Below are positions 6,091 through 14,044 of a stretch of 14,044 nt of DNA, piece by piece. Made by a program: the position numbers and the translations under genes. Location: NCBI GenBank assembly GCA_964450845.1, contig CAYVGZ010000040.1:1-14044 (forward strand), given 5' to 3'. This stretch comes from an uncultured Candidatus Bathyarchaeia archaeon. GTDB taxonomy: Archaea > Thermoproteota > Bathyarchaeia > Bathyarchaeales > Bathycorpusculaceae. Under the pieces are notes generated by a model. The model had not been told where the DNA came from and made no database searches. It worked only from the letters and a program-made list of their open reading frames with translations. Positions within the stretch are counted from its first letter, which is position 1. Each line of letters begins with the position of its first letter.

Positions 6091-7341
6091 ATGAGCGATA
6101 CTAATGTGCTTGACGATGTGTTCAAAAAATCTTTTAACAACATAAATATTTTTCAGGATAGAGAGGTTCTACGGCACGACTATCTGCCAGATACGTTACC
6201 GCACCGAGATGAACAGATTAGGCAGATCGGCGAAACTATGGCGCCCGTTCTAAAAGGAGCGAGAGGTTCTAACGTTTTTATTTATGGAAAAACTGGAACT
6301 GGAAAGACAGCTGTAACAAAACATGTGCTCAGCCATCTTGAGGTTAAAGCAAAGGAATTTAATGCACCTGTTAAGTTCTGTTACGTGAACTGCCGTTTAG
6401 CAGGAACTGAGTATCGCGTTTTTGCTAGTTTATGTCAAAGAATAGGCAAATCTGTTCCTTTTACAGGGCTATCTGTTGGGGAAGTTTTTGACAGATTCCA
6501 AGCAGGGTTGGATGACTCCAAGATTATATTTATCATAGTTTTGGACGAAATCGACGCTTTGATCAAAGCACATGGTGATAACCTTCTCTATGAACTAACA
6601 AGAATAAATGAAACCTTGCACGAGAGCAAGGTATCTCTCACTGGCATATCCAATGACCTACGGCTGAAAGAGCTTCTTGATCCTCGAGTTTTTAGTTCAC
6701 TTAGTGAAGAAGAGATTGTTTTTAGTCCCTACGATGCTAGTGAATTAAAAAATATCCTTTTTGAGCGTGGCAAATTGGCGTTCCATGACGGTGCTTTGTC
6801 TGATGGCGCTTTGAGTATTTGTGCGGCTTTAGCCGCTGCGGAGCATGGTGATGCGAGACGGGCATTGGATTTGCTACGAGTTGCTGGTGAAGTTGCTGAG
6901 CGAAAAGGTGCGAGCACTGTAATTGAGGAACATGTTCGGGAGGCAGAGAAACACATTGAACACAACCGTGTTATTGAGGCTCTCCAAAATTTGCCTTTAC
7001 ACTCAAAACTCGTGGTCTTAAGTATTCACCACCTAAGAGAAGCAGATGCCAACCGGGTCATTACTGGCGAGATTTATGAAGTTTATAGTGAGCTTTGTGG
7101 AGAATTAGGCGTCACTCCATTAACCCAACGTCGGTCAAGCACGCTGGTGAATGAACTTGATTCTATGGGACTGTTGAATTCGAAAATCGTAAGCATGGGG
7201 AGGTATGGACGTACGAAGAAGATTAGGTTGGAGATAACGCGCACTCTTATTAGAGATGTGTTCGCTAATGACAGCAGGCTTGGACGTTTGATTGTTTATG
7301 CGCCGAAATGCCTTTCAAAACCTGCAAATAGTAGGAGTTGA
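6091..7341 (+). CDS. cdc6: Orc1/Cdc6 replication initiator
   Basis: FQDREVLRHDYLPDTLPHRDEQI, Walker A GKTGTGKT, YVNCR, Walker B IIVLDEID, GDARRALDLLR, C-terminal wH domain ending GRYGRTKKI. Confidence 0.98.
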   Translation: MSDTNVLDDVFKKSFNNINIFQDREVLRHDYLPDTLPHRDEQIRQIGETMAPVLKGARGSNVFIYGKTGTGKTAVTKHVLSHLEVKAKEFNAPVKFCYVNCRLAGTEYRVFASLCQRIGKSVPFTGLSVGEVFDRFQAGLDDSKIIFIIVLDEIDALIKAHGDNLLYELTRINETLHESKVSLTGISNDLRLKELLDPRVFSSLSEEEIVFSPYDASELKNILFERGKLAFHDGALSDGALSICAALAAAEHGDARRALDLLRVAGEVAERKGASTVIEEHVREAEKHIEHNRVIEALQNLPLHSKLVVLSIHHLREADANRVITGEIYEVYSELCGELGVTPLTQRRSSTLVNELDSMGLLNSKIVSMGRYGRTKKIRLEITRTLIRDVFANDSRLGRLIVYAPKCLSKPANSRS

Positions 7342-7855
7342 GGACGGAAGTTTTCAGAAGGGCACAACACGAAGAGCCATCCTTGCAGTTGTTTTGTTTA
7401 AAGGATTAAAAATTGAGAATATTAAAATCACGAAAATAGCTGTCGACGGTCTAGATGCAACCGAGAAGCTCGTGGAAGTCTTGAACAAGTGGAAGTTTGC
7501 TGCTGTCATGCTTGCTAGCGTATCTTTTGCGGGCTTCAACATAATTGATCCAACTGCAATTCGTAAAAAATTCGAGCAACCAGTTATTATAGTAACGCGA
7601 ACAAAACCTCACAATGAGGCAGTTCATAGCGCTCTTAAAATACACTTTAAAGATTGGAGAATACGTTGGAAAGTGTTTGAGAAATCAGGTTCTTTTCACA
7701 AAGTGGCTGTCTTAGCTGATGAACCACCAGTCTATGTTGAAACAATAGGTGCTGACATCAAGTGGGCTTGTAACCTTATTCAATCCTTGTCTGTTTGTTG
7801 CAGGGTTCCCGAACCAATACGTGTTGCACGATTGATCGCCCGCGGGCTATCCTAA
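7298..7855 (+). CDS. DUF99 family endonuclease V-like protein
   Basis: IVGVEDGSF...AVDGLDATEKL...SFAGFNIID...PVIIV...VPEPIRVARLIARG match the DUF99 pattern. Overlaps the cdc6 3' end by 44 nt from ATG 7298. Confidence 0.85.
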   Translation: MRRNAFQNLQIVGVEDGSFQKGTTRRAILAVVLFKGLKIENIKITKIAVDGLDATEKLVEVLNKWKFAAVMLASVSFAGFNIIDPTAIRKKFEQPVIIVTRTKPHNEAVHSALKIHFKDWRIRWKVFEKSGSFHKVAVLADEPPVYVETIGADIKWACNLIQSLSVCCRVPEPIRVARLIARGLS

Positions 7856-9408
7856 ATAAACGGAACAACAGTAACCTCTAACGTTTGAAGGTTTACCACA
7901 GGAACTTTCCCTGCCGTTGGCACAAAACCAAGCCTTCGCATGTACTCTGTTTGTTCCTGCCATCCGCCTGAGTTTACAATTAACACTCCACGATAATTGC
8001 TGTATCCCAACGCGTGTATATGACCAGCATGAAATATGTCGGGAACACGCTCAATAACCAAGGGATCTCTGCTTTCTGGCGACAACATTGTTTTTCCGCC
8101 ATATACCGGTGCAAGATGGCGGCATTGCAACAACAGTTTCATTGCCTTTTCTGGATGGTTGGGGTCCATGCCTGGAACCGTTGAGATAACATCATCTAAG
8201 CTGCGACCATGATCTAATAATACTTCAACGCCGTGGAGACTTATGAGGCATGGGTTTCCAAGAGAATAGACCTTTCTTGACTCTTGCAACGTTTCAAGGA
8301 AAGTGTTTGATATTGGGGGCTGAGGCGAGGCTTTTCTTGGAGCGTCATGGTTTCCAGGGATGATTACCACTTCTATATAGTCGGGAATCTGCTCGATATA
8401 TTTTGCAGCAAGCTTGTATTGTCCATAAATGTCTTTGATTGCAAGCTCTTTGACCTGATTTGGGTAAACTCCTATTCCGTCTACAATGTCTCCAGCTATT
8501 AGAACATATTTTACATGGCTTGCTATTTCCCTAATTTTTTCGTCGCCATATTTGCCGTTAAGCCACAAAATGAAGCGGTTGAAAGCTTCTCTCTGAAATT
8601 TTGTGCTCCCCACATGCATGTCTGAGGTGAGCACAGCATACACTGGAATCGGAGCTTTATGTTGAGGCTTTTGTGCGACATCTGGAAAGATTATGTCTTC
8701 AGCGATTAGCAAGTTGCTCCTCGTTTTTACGACACTTAGACAGACAACTTGGTCAAGCAAGAGTAGATGTGCTTTTTCTTGGAGTTCTGCCGAGGAGTTC
8801 TGAGAAACAAGCACTAAGGTGCTTGCATGCAAATCCTCAACAGTCAGCAGTATTTTCTGTTTTGCTTCTCTCCTTTCCGTTATCATCCCGATTATTTTGA
8901 GCTTCGTGTTTGCTGGAGCCTTTAAAGCGTCGATAATAGATGCTGCGCTTTTGACGTCCATTCTTTGTCTTAGTAGCTTTTCTATTCGCTTGAACCTATC
9001 TCGGAAATATTCTAGATAATCCTCTATAGTTCCGCTTGAACTTAGTTTGGCGGCTGGGTCATCAATTATCTTGATGTTTGATTCAACCACTTCTGCATAG
9101 GGACGGAACTGTATTTTTCCCTCTGTTATGCGTATTTCTGGTAGTGTTTGGGGTGGTTCCTCTAATAATTGAGTGGGAGTCTCCCTTTTTGTTTCTGACG
9201 GTTCTACGAGGTTTTCCAAGAAGCTTCTGTCAATAAATAACGGTTTTTCTTTTAAGTCGTCGATTTTATGTATTGCCTTGCTCATTATTTCTGTTGGGTC
9301 TTGTGTACTGGCCAATATGCTTAGGAATTCAAAGGCTTCTTTGTTTATTTGGTATCCTGCTGAGATTGTCAATTCCACGGCTTTTTGTAGTTTTCCAGCG
9401 TCGCTCAT
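7852..9408 (-). CDS. polB: DNA polymerase II (PolD) small subunit DP1, proofreading exonuclease
   Basis: OB-fold region and calcineurin-like phosphoesterase motifs SDMHVGS, AGDIVDG, PGNHD, HG, FHAGHIH, NSG. polB here is the archaeal name for DP1, not a family B polymerase. Confidence 0.97.
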   Translation of the reverse strand: MSDAGKLQKAVELTISAGYQINKEAFEFLSILASTQDPTEIMSKAIHKIDDLKEKPLFIDRSFLENLVEPSETKRETPTQLLEEPPQTLPEIRITEGKIQFRPYAEVVESNIKIIDDPAAKLSSSGTIEDYLEYFRDRFKRIEKLLRQRMDVKSAASIIDALKAPANTKLKIIGMITERREAKQKILLTVEDLHASTLVLVSQNSSAELQEKAHLLLLDQVVCLSVVKTRSNLLIAEDIIFPDVAQKPQHKAPIPVYAVLTSDMHVGSTKFQREAFNRFILWLNGKYGDEKIREIASHVKYVLIAGDIVDGIGVYPNQVKELAIKDIYGQYKLAAKYIEQIPDYIEVVIIPGNHDAPRKASPQPPISNTFLETLQESRKVYSLGNPCLISLHGVEVLLDHGRSLDDVISTVPGMDPNHPEKAMKLLLQCRHLAPVYGGKTMLSPESRDPLVIERVPDIFHAGHIHALGYSNYRGVLIVNSGGWQEQTEYMRRLGFVPTAGKVPVVNLQTLEVTVVPFI

Positions 9409-10001
9409 ATTTGGAGTGTTCTCCAGTCTTGTTTTTTTGGAATGATTATGTAACCTTCTTCTTCGTCACCCAACGCCCTTGTTTGGTTTCTCAAGTAGAG
9501 ATACGCAGTTAAAGCTGCTATTACCGCGTCAATTTCGTGAGGCGTCAAGGTACGCACTTTGAGGTCTCCTTCTAAACCTATTTGCGTTAGAACTGTTTGA
9601 ACCTTTCCCCAGTCTTTTGGCGGTATGCTTAAGGCTTTGCATGATGATGTAGGATGCACTTCTATTGTCTTGAATCCTTTTTCTGCGATTAACCTGTTCA
9701 ATTTCATGGCACACATTGTAAGTATTTTCATTGCTGGAAGCGTTGGTGGGAAAACACGATAGCCATTCTTTACCATCTCTTTATCTGCTTTTCTGAGTAT
9801 CCCCCTTTTTGGAAGACTAAACGGTGCATCAACTGCTATAATTTCTGGTTTATTTTGAGTTATGGCTTGGAGTATCTGATTATCCATGTACAGTAGACTT
9901 GTTTTCTCCGTTTTGTTTTCCCAAGTCGCCCATCCTGTGGGATTTTCTGGCTTTCCCGCCAAATCTATACCAATTATAACTTTGGCTTTCAATTGTAACA
10001 C
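9405..10001 (-). CDS. DUF429 family predicted RNase H-like nuclease
   Basis: IIGIDLAG...TG...IAVDAPFSLP...RKAD...VFPP...IEVHP...HEIDAVIAAL. The stop overlaps the DP1 start (ATGA). Confidence 0.85.
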   Translation of the reverse strand: MLQLKAKVIIGIDLAGKPENPTGWATWENKTEKTSLLYMDNQILQAITQNKPEIIAVDAPFSLPKRGILRKADKEMVKNGYRVFPPTLPAMKILTMCAMKLNRLIAEKGFKTIEVHPTSSCKALSIPPKDWGKVQTVLTQIGLEGDLKVRTLTPHEIDAVIAALTAYLYLRNQTRALGDEEEGYIIIPKKQDWRTLQI

Positions 10002-10083
10002 TAGCGTCTAATTTTATATATTGGATTTTTGTTTAGATACGTTATATCCAAAGACGCATCTGTCTATTGATGTGGTGAAGTGA

Positions 10084-11067
10084 ATGGGTGAATTACGCAA
10101 GATTCAGCGCACTCCAGGTGGAACCTTCTTTGTTTGCTTGCCTAAGCCTTGGGCTGAACGCTATGGTTTGAAACGAGGCTCCGTGGTAGCAGTTACTGAA
10201 GCCAGCGATGGTAAACTCTTAATAGACACAGAGTATGCTGTTGAGCCTTCTCCCCGCACCATTACTTTAAAGCCTGGTCCCTATCTGAGTCGTGAAATCG
10301 TAGGAAAGTATCTGCTCGGCTTCGACATTATCACTGTTGAGGCGAAGAATCGTATTAGCTTTGAGGTTCGGGATACCGTTAAGACTGCTGTCAGTCGGTT
10401 AATTGGATTGGAAATCGTTGAGGAAGATTATTCACGTATTGTTATGCAGTGTTTGTTAGAGCCTTCAAGCTTTCCTCCTGAAAAGATTCTTCGCCGCGGC
10501 TACATAATCGCTGCTGGTATGCACCACGATGTTGTTAATGCATTAGTAGATGGAGACATAAACTTGGCTAAAAGCATCATAGCCCGCGACGACGAAGTTA
10601 ACAGACTTCACTTTCTTTTAGTTCGCATTCTCCGCACCATAATCCAAAATCCCAGCCTAACCGAGAAACTTGGTGTCCGTCCAATCGAATGCTTAGACTA
10701 CCGACTTGTAGCAAGCTTGGTGGAAGCTATTGGTGACGAATGCGTACGAGTGGCGATGAAAACGATTGAGTTAAACGGCACAAAACTAGGTGAAGATTTA
10801 AAGAAATCGCTTGTCGACTTTCACTTGGTTTGCTTTGAAGCCCACGAAAATGCTCTAAAAGCCTTTTTAGCTGGCGACACAGGTTTAGCTGAAAACGTGC
10901 GCCTTATTCGAGAAAAAGTTGAAAAAACGTCTTTAAACATCGAAAAAATTGCAAAAATGCAGTCTCTTGACGCTTTGCCCCACATTCTAGCAGTAACTTC
11001 AATTCTGAGGCAAATTTATGAACACAGCGTAGACATAGCAGACTTGGTGATGCCGAAAAAACTGTAA
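10084..11067 (+). CDS. phoU: Archaeal phosphate-uptake regulator: AbrB/SpoVT DNA-binding domain plus two PhoU domains
   Basis: RKIQRTPGGTFFVCLPKPWAERYGLKRGS (AbrB), YLLGFDII, and PhoU helices with RDDEVNRLHFL, LVEAIGD and IYEHSVDIAD. Confidence 0.9.
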   Translation: MGELRKIQRTPGGTFFVCLPKPWAERYGLKRGSVVAVTEASDGKLLIDTEYAVEPSPRTITLKPGPYLSREIVGKYLLGFDIITVEAKNRISFEVRDTVKTAVSRLIGLEIVEEDYSRIVMQCLLEPSSFPPEKILRRGYIIAAGMHHDVVNALVDGDINLAKSIIARDDEVNRLHFLLVRILRTIIQNPSLTEKLGVRPIECLDYRLVASLVEAIGDECVRVAMKTIELNGTKLGEDLKKSLVDFHLVCFEAHENALKAFLAGDTGLAENVRLIREKVEKTSLNIEKIAKMQSLDALPHILAVTSILRQIYEHSVDIADLVMPKKL

Positions 11068-11077
11068 ATTGCCCCTT

Positions 11078-12298
11078 TTAGAAGGGGAGTTTACCTATTT
11101 TTTGTGGTGCTTTGGCCAATGAAACATGTTCACTCATTCTTAATTCAATGGTATACTGTACCTCGCCACTTATTTGACAATCAGATTCGATTGTGATACT
11201 TTCACCGTAAATGTTTTCTGCATATGCTCCGCTTCTTAGAAAAATCCTTTTTCCATAGATATTTTCTGCGCGCGCATCTCGTCCAATAATGACTTGTTCA
11301 GCCTTTACAGATCCGCGAACTTCACCTCTTCTTCCTATTTCAATAAACCTCGCAGTCACGCCGTCAACAGTTGTTATTGATCCACCCACTTCTACACTCT
11401 CTTCAACAGTGGCTTTTCTTGAACGTATTACGCCGCCGACTTCGATGTTTTTTGTTGCCAAATCTCCGTCGATTTCTGCTTTACCTCCCACTTCTAGGTT
11501 TCCAGAAAGTTTTAACGACCCGCCGATTTCTACTCTTCCTCCTACGTCCATTTCGTCACCTTCGCCTGAACCTGTTATCTCTACTCTTCCTCCTACGTCA
11601 ATTTCTCCAAACTCTAAATCTCCTTCAACCCGAAATGAGCCTCCTACATCTATTTTTCCGCCCTTGTTTTTACCATTAAGCCGAACGGTTCCACCAACAT
11701 CTATGCTTTCAAATTCTAGTGGGCTATTTGATTCAAAACTTCCTCCTACGTCAATTTCTTGGATTGTCCCGCCGGTAACTTTTGCTGCCCCTCCTACATC
11801 CAATTTTGTTATGTTCACTTTAGACTCGATTGAAACACTGCCTCCCACATCGATTTTCTCTGCCTTCGTTTCTCCTTTGGCTTTAAAGCTTCCGCCAACA
11901 TCTATGTTTTCGGCTTTTACATTCCCATCAACTTTTACGCTTCCGCCAACATCAACTTCCTCAACTGTCAGATCCTTGTTTACGTATAGGGCTTCGTCGA
12001 CATCTATGTGCCGTGCAGTCATGTTCCCGTACACTTCTAGGCGCCCTTCTTCGACTTCAACTCTGTTTGTTATTTGTAGGTCTCCATGGATTGTCACGTT
12101 ATCCTCTGCTTCTAGGTTTTCCGCCAAAACGTTGCACTCAAAGGTGTTGCCTCCTTCGCAGTAAATGGTTCCAGAAACTTTCACTGTTGGCGGTTTACCT
12201 GTTCCGTTTATTGTTGAATGTCTGCCTACTAGTAAGTCTCCTTCAACATGGTCTATTGTTGTTGTGCTTCCTGGTGAAGTGGATGTTTTGCTATTCAT
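11078..12298 (-). CDS. Bactofilin-like (polymer-forming cytoskeletal) beta-helix repeat protein, about 406 aa
   Basis: Twelve ~17-aa repeats centred on [DE]VGG with alternating V/I/G. Start ATG 12298 has a GGAGG RBS; the ORF track start is 12349. Confidence 0.75.
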   Translation of the reverse strand: MNSKTSTSPGSTTTIDHVEGDLLVGRHSTINGTGKPPTVKVSGTIYCEGGNTFECNVLAENLEAEDNVTIHGDLQITNRVEVEEGRLEVYGNMTARHIDVDEALYVNKDLTVEEVDVGGSVKVDGNVKAENIDVGGSFKAKGETKAEKIDVGGSVSIESKVNITKLDVGGAAKVTGGTIQEIDVGGSFESNSPLEFESIDVGGTVRLNGKNKGGKIDVGGSFRVEGDLEFGEIDVGGRVEITGSGEGDEMDVGGRVEIGGSLKLSGNLEVGGKAEIDGDLATKNIEVGGVIRSRKATVEESVEVGGSITTVDGVTARFIEIGRRGEVRGSVKAEQVIIGRDARAENIYGKRIFLRSGAYAENIYGESITIESDCQISGEVQYTIELRMSEHVSLAKAPQKIGKLPF

Positions 12299-12368
12299 AC
12301 AATATCCTCCATTTGAGTCTATATTCACTGATTTAAAAGGGAAACTCACGTTTTGTGACTACTCTTTG

Positions 12369-12611
12369 TTATCGAATTGTTTGTTGGCTTCTCAGAAATG
12401 TGATTGCTTCGGCTTTGTTTTGATCCGCTTTTATCTTATATTCCTTAAGCGCTTTAGTTGCCTCAAATGCACGGAAATCGTTTGTAGTGCTTGAATTTTT
12501 TGTTTTAGAGTGCACGCTTGTGGCGATGCCAAACAGTTTTCGGGTTCTTGAACTAACGTTCTCCTTTGTTTCTTGTTTTCGATCTAATTCAACTTTTATT
12601 GAATCTTTCAT
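12369..12611 (-). CDS. Small hypothetical protein (80 aa)
   Basis: ATG with GGGGTGG RBS, co-oriented with neighbours, predicted C-terminal helix RAFEATKALKEYKIKADQNKAEAITFLRSQQ. Confidence 0.6.
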   Translation of the reverse strand: MKDSIKVELDRKQETKENVSSRTRKLFGIATSVHSKTKNSSTTNDFRAFEATKALKEYKIKADQNKAEAITFLRSQQTIR

Positions 12612-12716
12612 TTTTTACCACCCCTTTTTTCCTGAAAAAGGCTAAAGGCTTTTGAAGCCTTAAAAGGCGACGCACATCGTGAAAACACTTTTTGTAGTCA
12701 CAAGTTGTTACTATTT

Positions 12717-12995
12717 TTACTCTTCTAATGCAGCAAAGAACTTTCTCATACGTTTAAATGTTTCGAGATATTCCAGGCCCCATTTTGTCGCTCTGTATTT
12801 TTTGCGGTCGCCTATGGCTATTTCTCTTATGAAACCGTGTGAAACCAGAAAATTCACGGCTTTCTTTGTCCTATCTACGGGCATATTTGCCCCATAAGAA
12901 ATTCTAGTTAAAGAGCACAGATCCTTCTTCGCAATCATCTCTATGATGTCTGCGTAAATGTCATATTTCGTTCTTTTTTGTTCGCTGGACAACAC
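12717..12995 (-). CDS. Small archaeal winged-helix transcription regulator (HTH_45-like), about 92 aa
   Basis: KRTKYDIYADII...TRISYGANM...KKAVNFLVSHGFI...KYRATKWGLEYL pattern. Start GTG 12995 has GGAG upstream; the 13097 start would overlap udp. Confidence 0.85.
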   Translation of the reverse strand: MLSSEQKRTKYDIYADIIEMIAKKDLCSLTRISYGANMPVDRTKKAVNFLVSHGFIREIAIGDRKKYRATKWGLEYLETFKRMRKFFAALEE

Positions 12996-13061
12996 GTTGC
13001 TTCTCCGAATTTCCACTATTATTAAATGCTGATTTCTTAATCTTAATTGTGGTGAATAACT

Positions 13062-13880
13062 GTGCATCAGACAGTTTCTGGCGGCAAACAGTATCATATT
13101 GCCTGTAGGAAAGGAGATTTGGCTGAATTTTTGCTTGTGCCAGGCGATCCAGATCGTGTTCCAAAAATTGCTGGTTTATGGGATTCCGCAAAAGAAATTT
13201 CCTGCAATCGCGAGTTTCGCAGTTTTACGGGCAAATACAAAAGCGTTCCAATTTCTGCCTTGTCAAGTGGTATTGGTCCAGCTTGTATGGCTATTGTTGT
13301 CAACGAGGCTTCACGTTTAGGTGTACATACATTTATTCGCGTTGGCAGCACTGGCGCCATACAAAAGGGCATAGACTGCGGTGATGTGATTTTTTCTTCT
13401 GCTGCCGTACGCCTCGACGGTACAAGTAACTGCTATATGATGCCTGAATATCCTGCAGCTGCCAGCTACGAAGTTATGTTGGCTTTGATTGAAGCGGCTG
13501 AAAGTTTAGGCATAAGCAACTATCATGTTGGCATAACAGCCACAACTTCAGATTTCTATGCTGGACAAAACCGCCCAATAGGTGAAGGATGGTCATCGCA
13601 CATGGAAGACTTGTTTCCTACGCTACAAAAAGCAGGAGTGCTAAACTTTGAAATGGAAACAGCCACATTATATACTTTAGCAAGCCTCTATGGGTTAAGA
13701 GCAGGCTCCATCTGCGCCGTTTACGCTAATAGATGTACAAACGAATTTAAACCAGAAGCGGGCGAGGATAACGCTATAAAAATCGCAAATGAAGCCATGA
13801 AGATACTATACGGATGGGATGAGGAAAAGCGCAAAAAAGGAAAGCGTTGGCTTTTCCCCTCATTACTCCATATCCGATAA
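13062..13880 (+). CDS. udp: Uridine phosphorylase
   Basis: QYHI..KGD...LVPGDPDRV, NREF, SSGIGP, IRVGSTG, FYAGQ, NFEME. GGTGA RBS upstream of GTG. Confidence 0.95.
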   Translation: MHQTVSGGKQYHIACRKGDLAEFLLVPGDPDRVPKIAGLWDSAKEISCNREFRSFTGKYKSVPISALSSGIGPACMAIVVNEASRLGVHTFIRVGSTGAIQKGIDCGDVIFSSAAVRLDGTSNCYMMPEYPAAASYEVMLALIEAAESLGISNYHVGITATTSDFYAGQNRPIGEGWSSHMEDLFPTLQKAGVLNFEMETATLYTLASLYGLRAGSICAVYANRCTNEFKPEAGEDNAIKIANEAMKILYGWDEEKRKKGKRWLFPSLLHIR

Positions 13881-13916
13881 AAAGCCTTTTAGAATGAGAA
13901 CTGCTTTCTCTTATTA

Positions 13917-14044
13917 GCCGGGGTGGCGGAGTGGTTATCGCGCTGGCCTCGAGATCGGCAGTCAAAATCAAGAGGCTGGATAGAAGACAAGTAAGCCAGT
14001 GGGCCTTTGGGCTCGCAGGGGTTCGAATCCCTTCCCCGGCGCCA
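13917..14044 (+). tRNA. tRNA-Ser(CGA) with a 40-nt intron at canonical 37/38 (13954-13993) and encoded CCA
   Basis: Acceptor GCCGGGG/CCCCGGC, discriminator G, CCA. Anticodon stem CTGGC/GCCAG with CT-CGA-G|A loop. Long variable arm GGGCC/GGCTC. T arm AGGGG-TTCGAAT-CCCTT. Bulge-helix-bulge at the exon-intron junctions. Confidence 0.95.

Noticed and set aside
11529-11599. Direct repeats that might suggest a CRISPR array
   Set aside because: Only two exact copies, 51 bp apart, in frame within a repeat protein; no cas genes.
11289-12164. 291-aa plus-strand ORF rich in PPTS repeats
   Set aside because: Antisense shadow of the DVGG repeats (PPTS is the reverse-complement reading); no RBS and no independent motifs.
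14020-14044. tRNA 3' end at the window edge as a possible integration (att) site
   Set aside because: No duplicate of the tRNA 3' end and no integrase in the window; cannot be assessed without downstream sequence.

Overview
Archaeal chromosomal window, most likely TACK/Bathyarchaeia-like (inferred from gene content). It is centred on a probable replication origin: an AT-rich unwinding element flanked by ORB boxes directly upstream of cdc6/orc1. Right of the origin lie mostly housekeeping genes: DUF99 nuclease, PolD small subunit DP1, DUF429 nuclease, AbrB-PhoU regulator, a long bactofilin-like beta-helix repeat protein, a small hypothetical, a wHTH regulator, uridine phosphorylase and an intron-containing tRNA-Ser(CGA). 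The left side is the unusual part. It holds an origin-adjacent wHTH protein, a nurA-herA pair with no mre11/rad50 and a non-canonical HerA motif, a single-pass membrane-anchored coiled-coil/wHTH protein, and an uncharacterised HTH-like protein. The last two genes are separated by a 290-bp intergenic region with three 19-bp repeats built on TGTGA heptads and a TGTGACGTCACA palindrome. The leading hypothesis (inference, untested) is an undescribed origin-proximal centromere-like/membrane-tethering module for chromosome positioning or segregation. No CRISPR array, transposase or integrase was seen.
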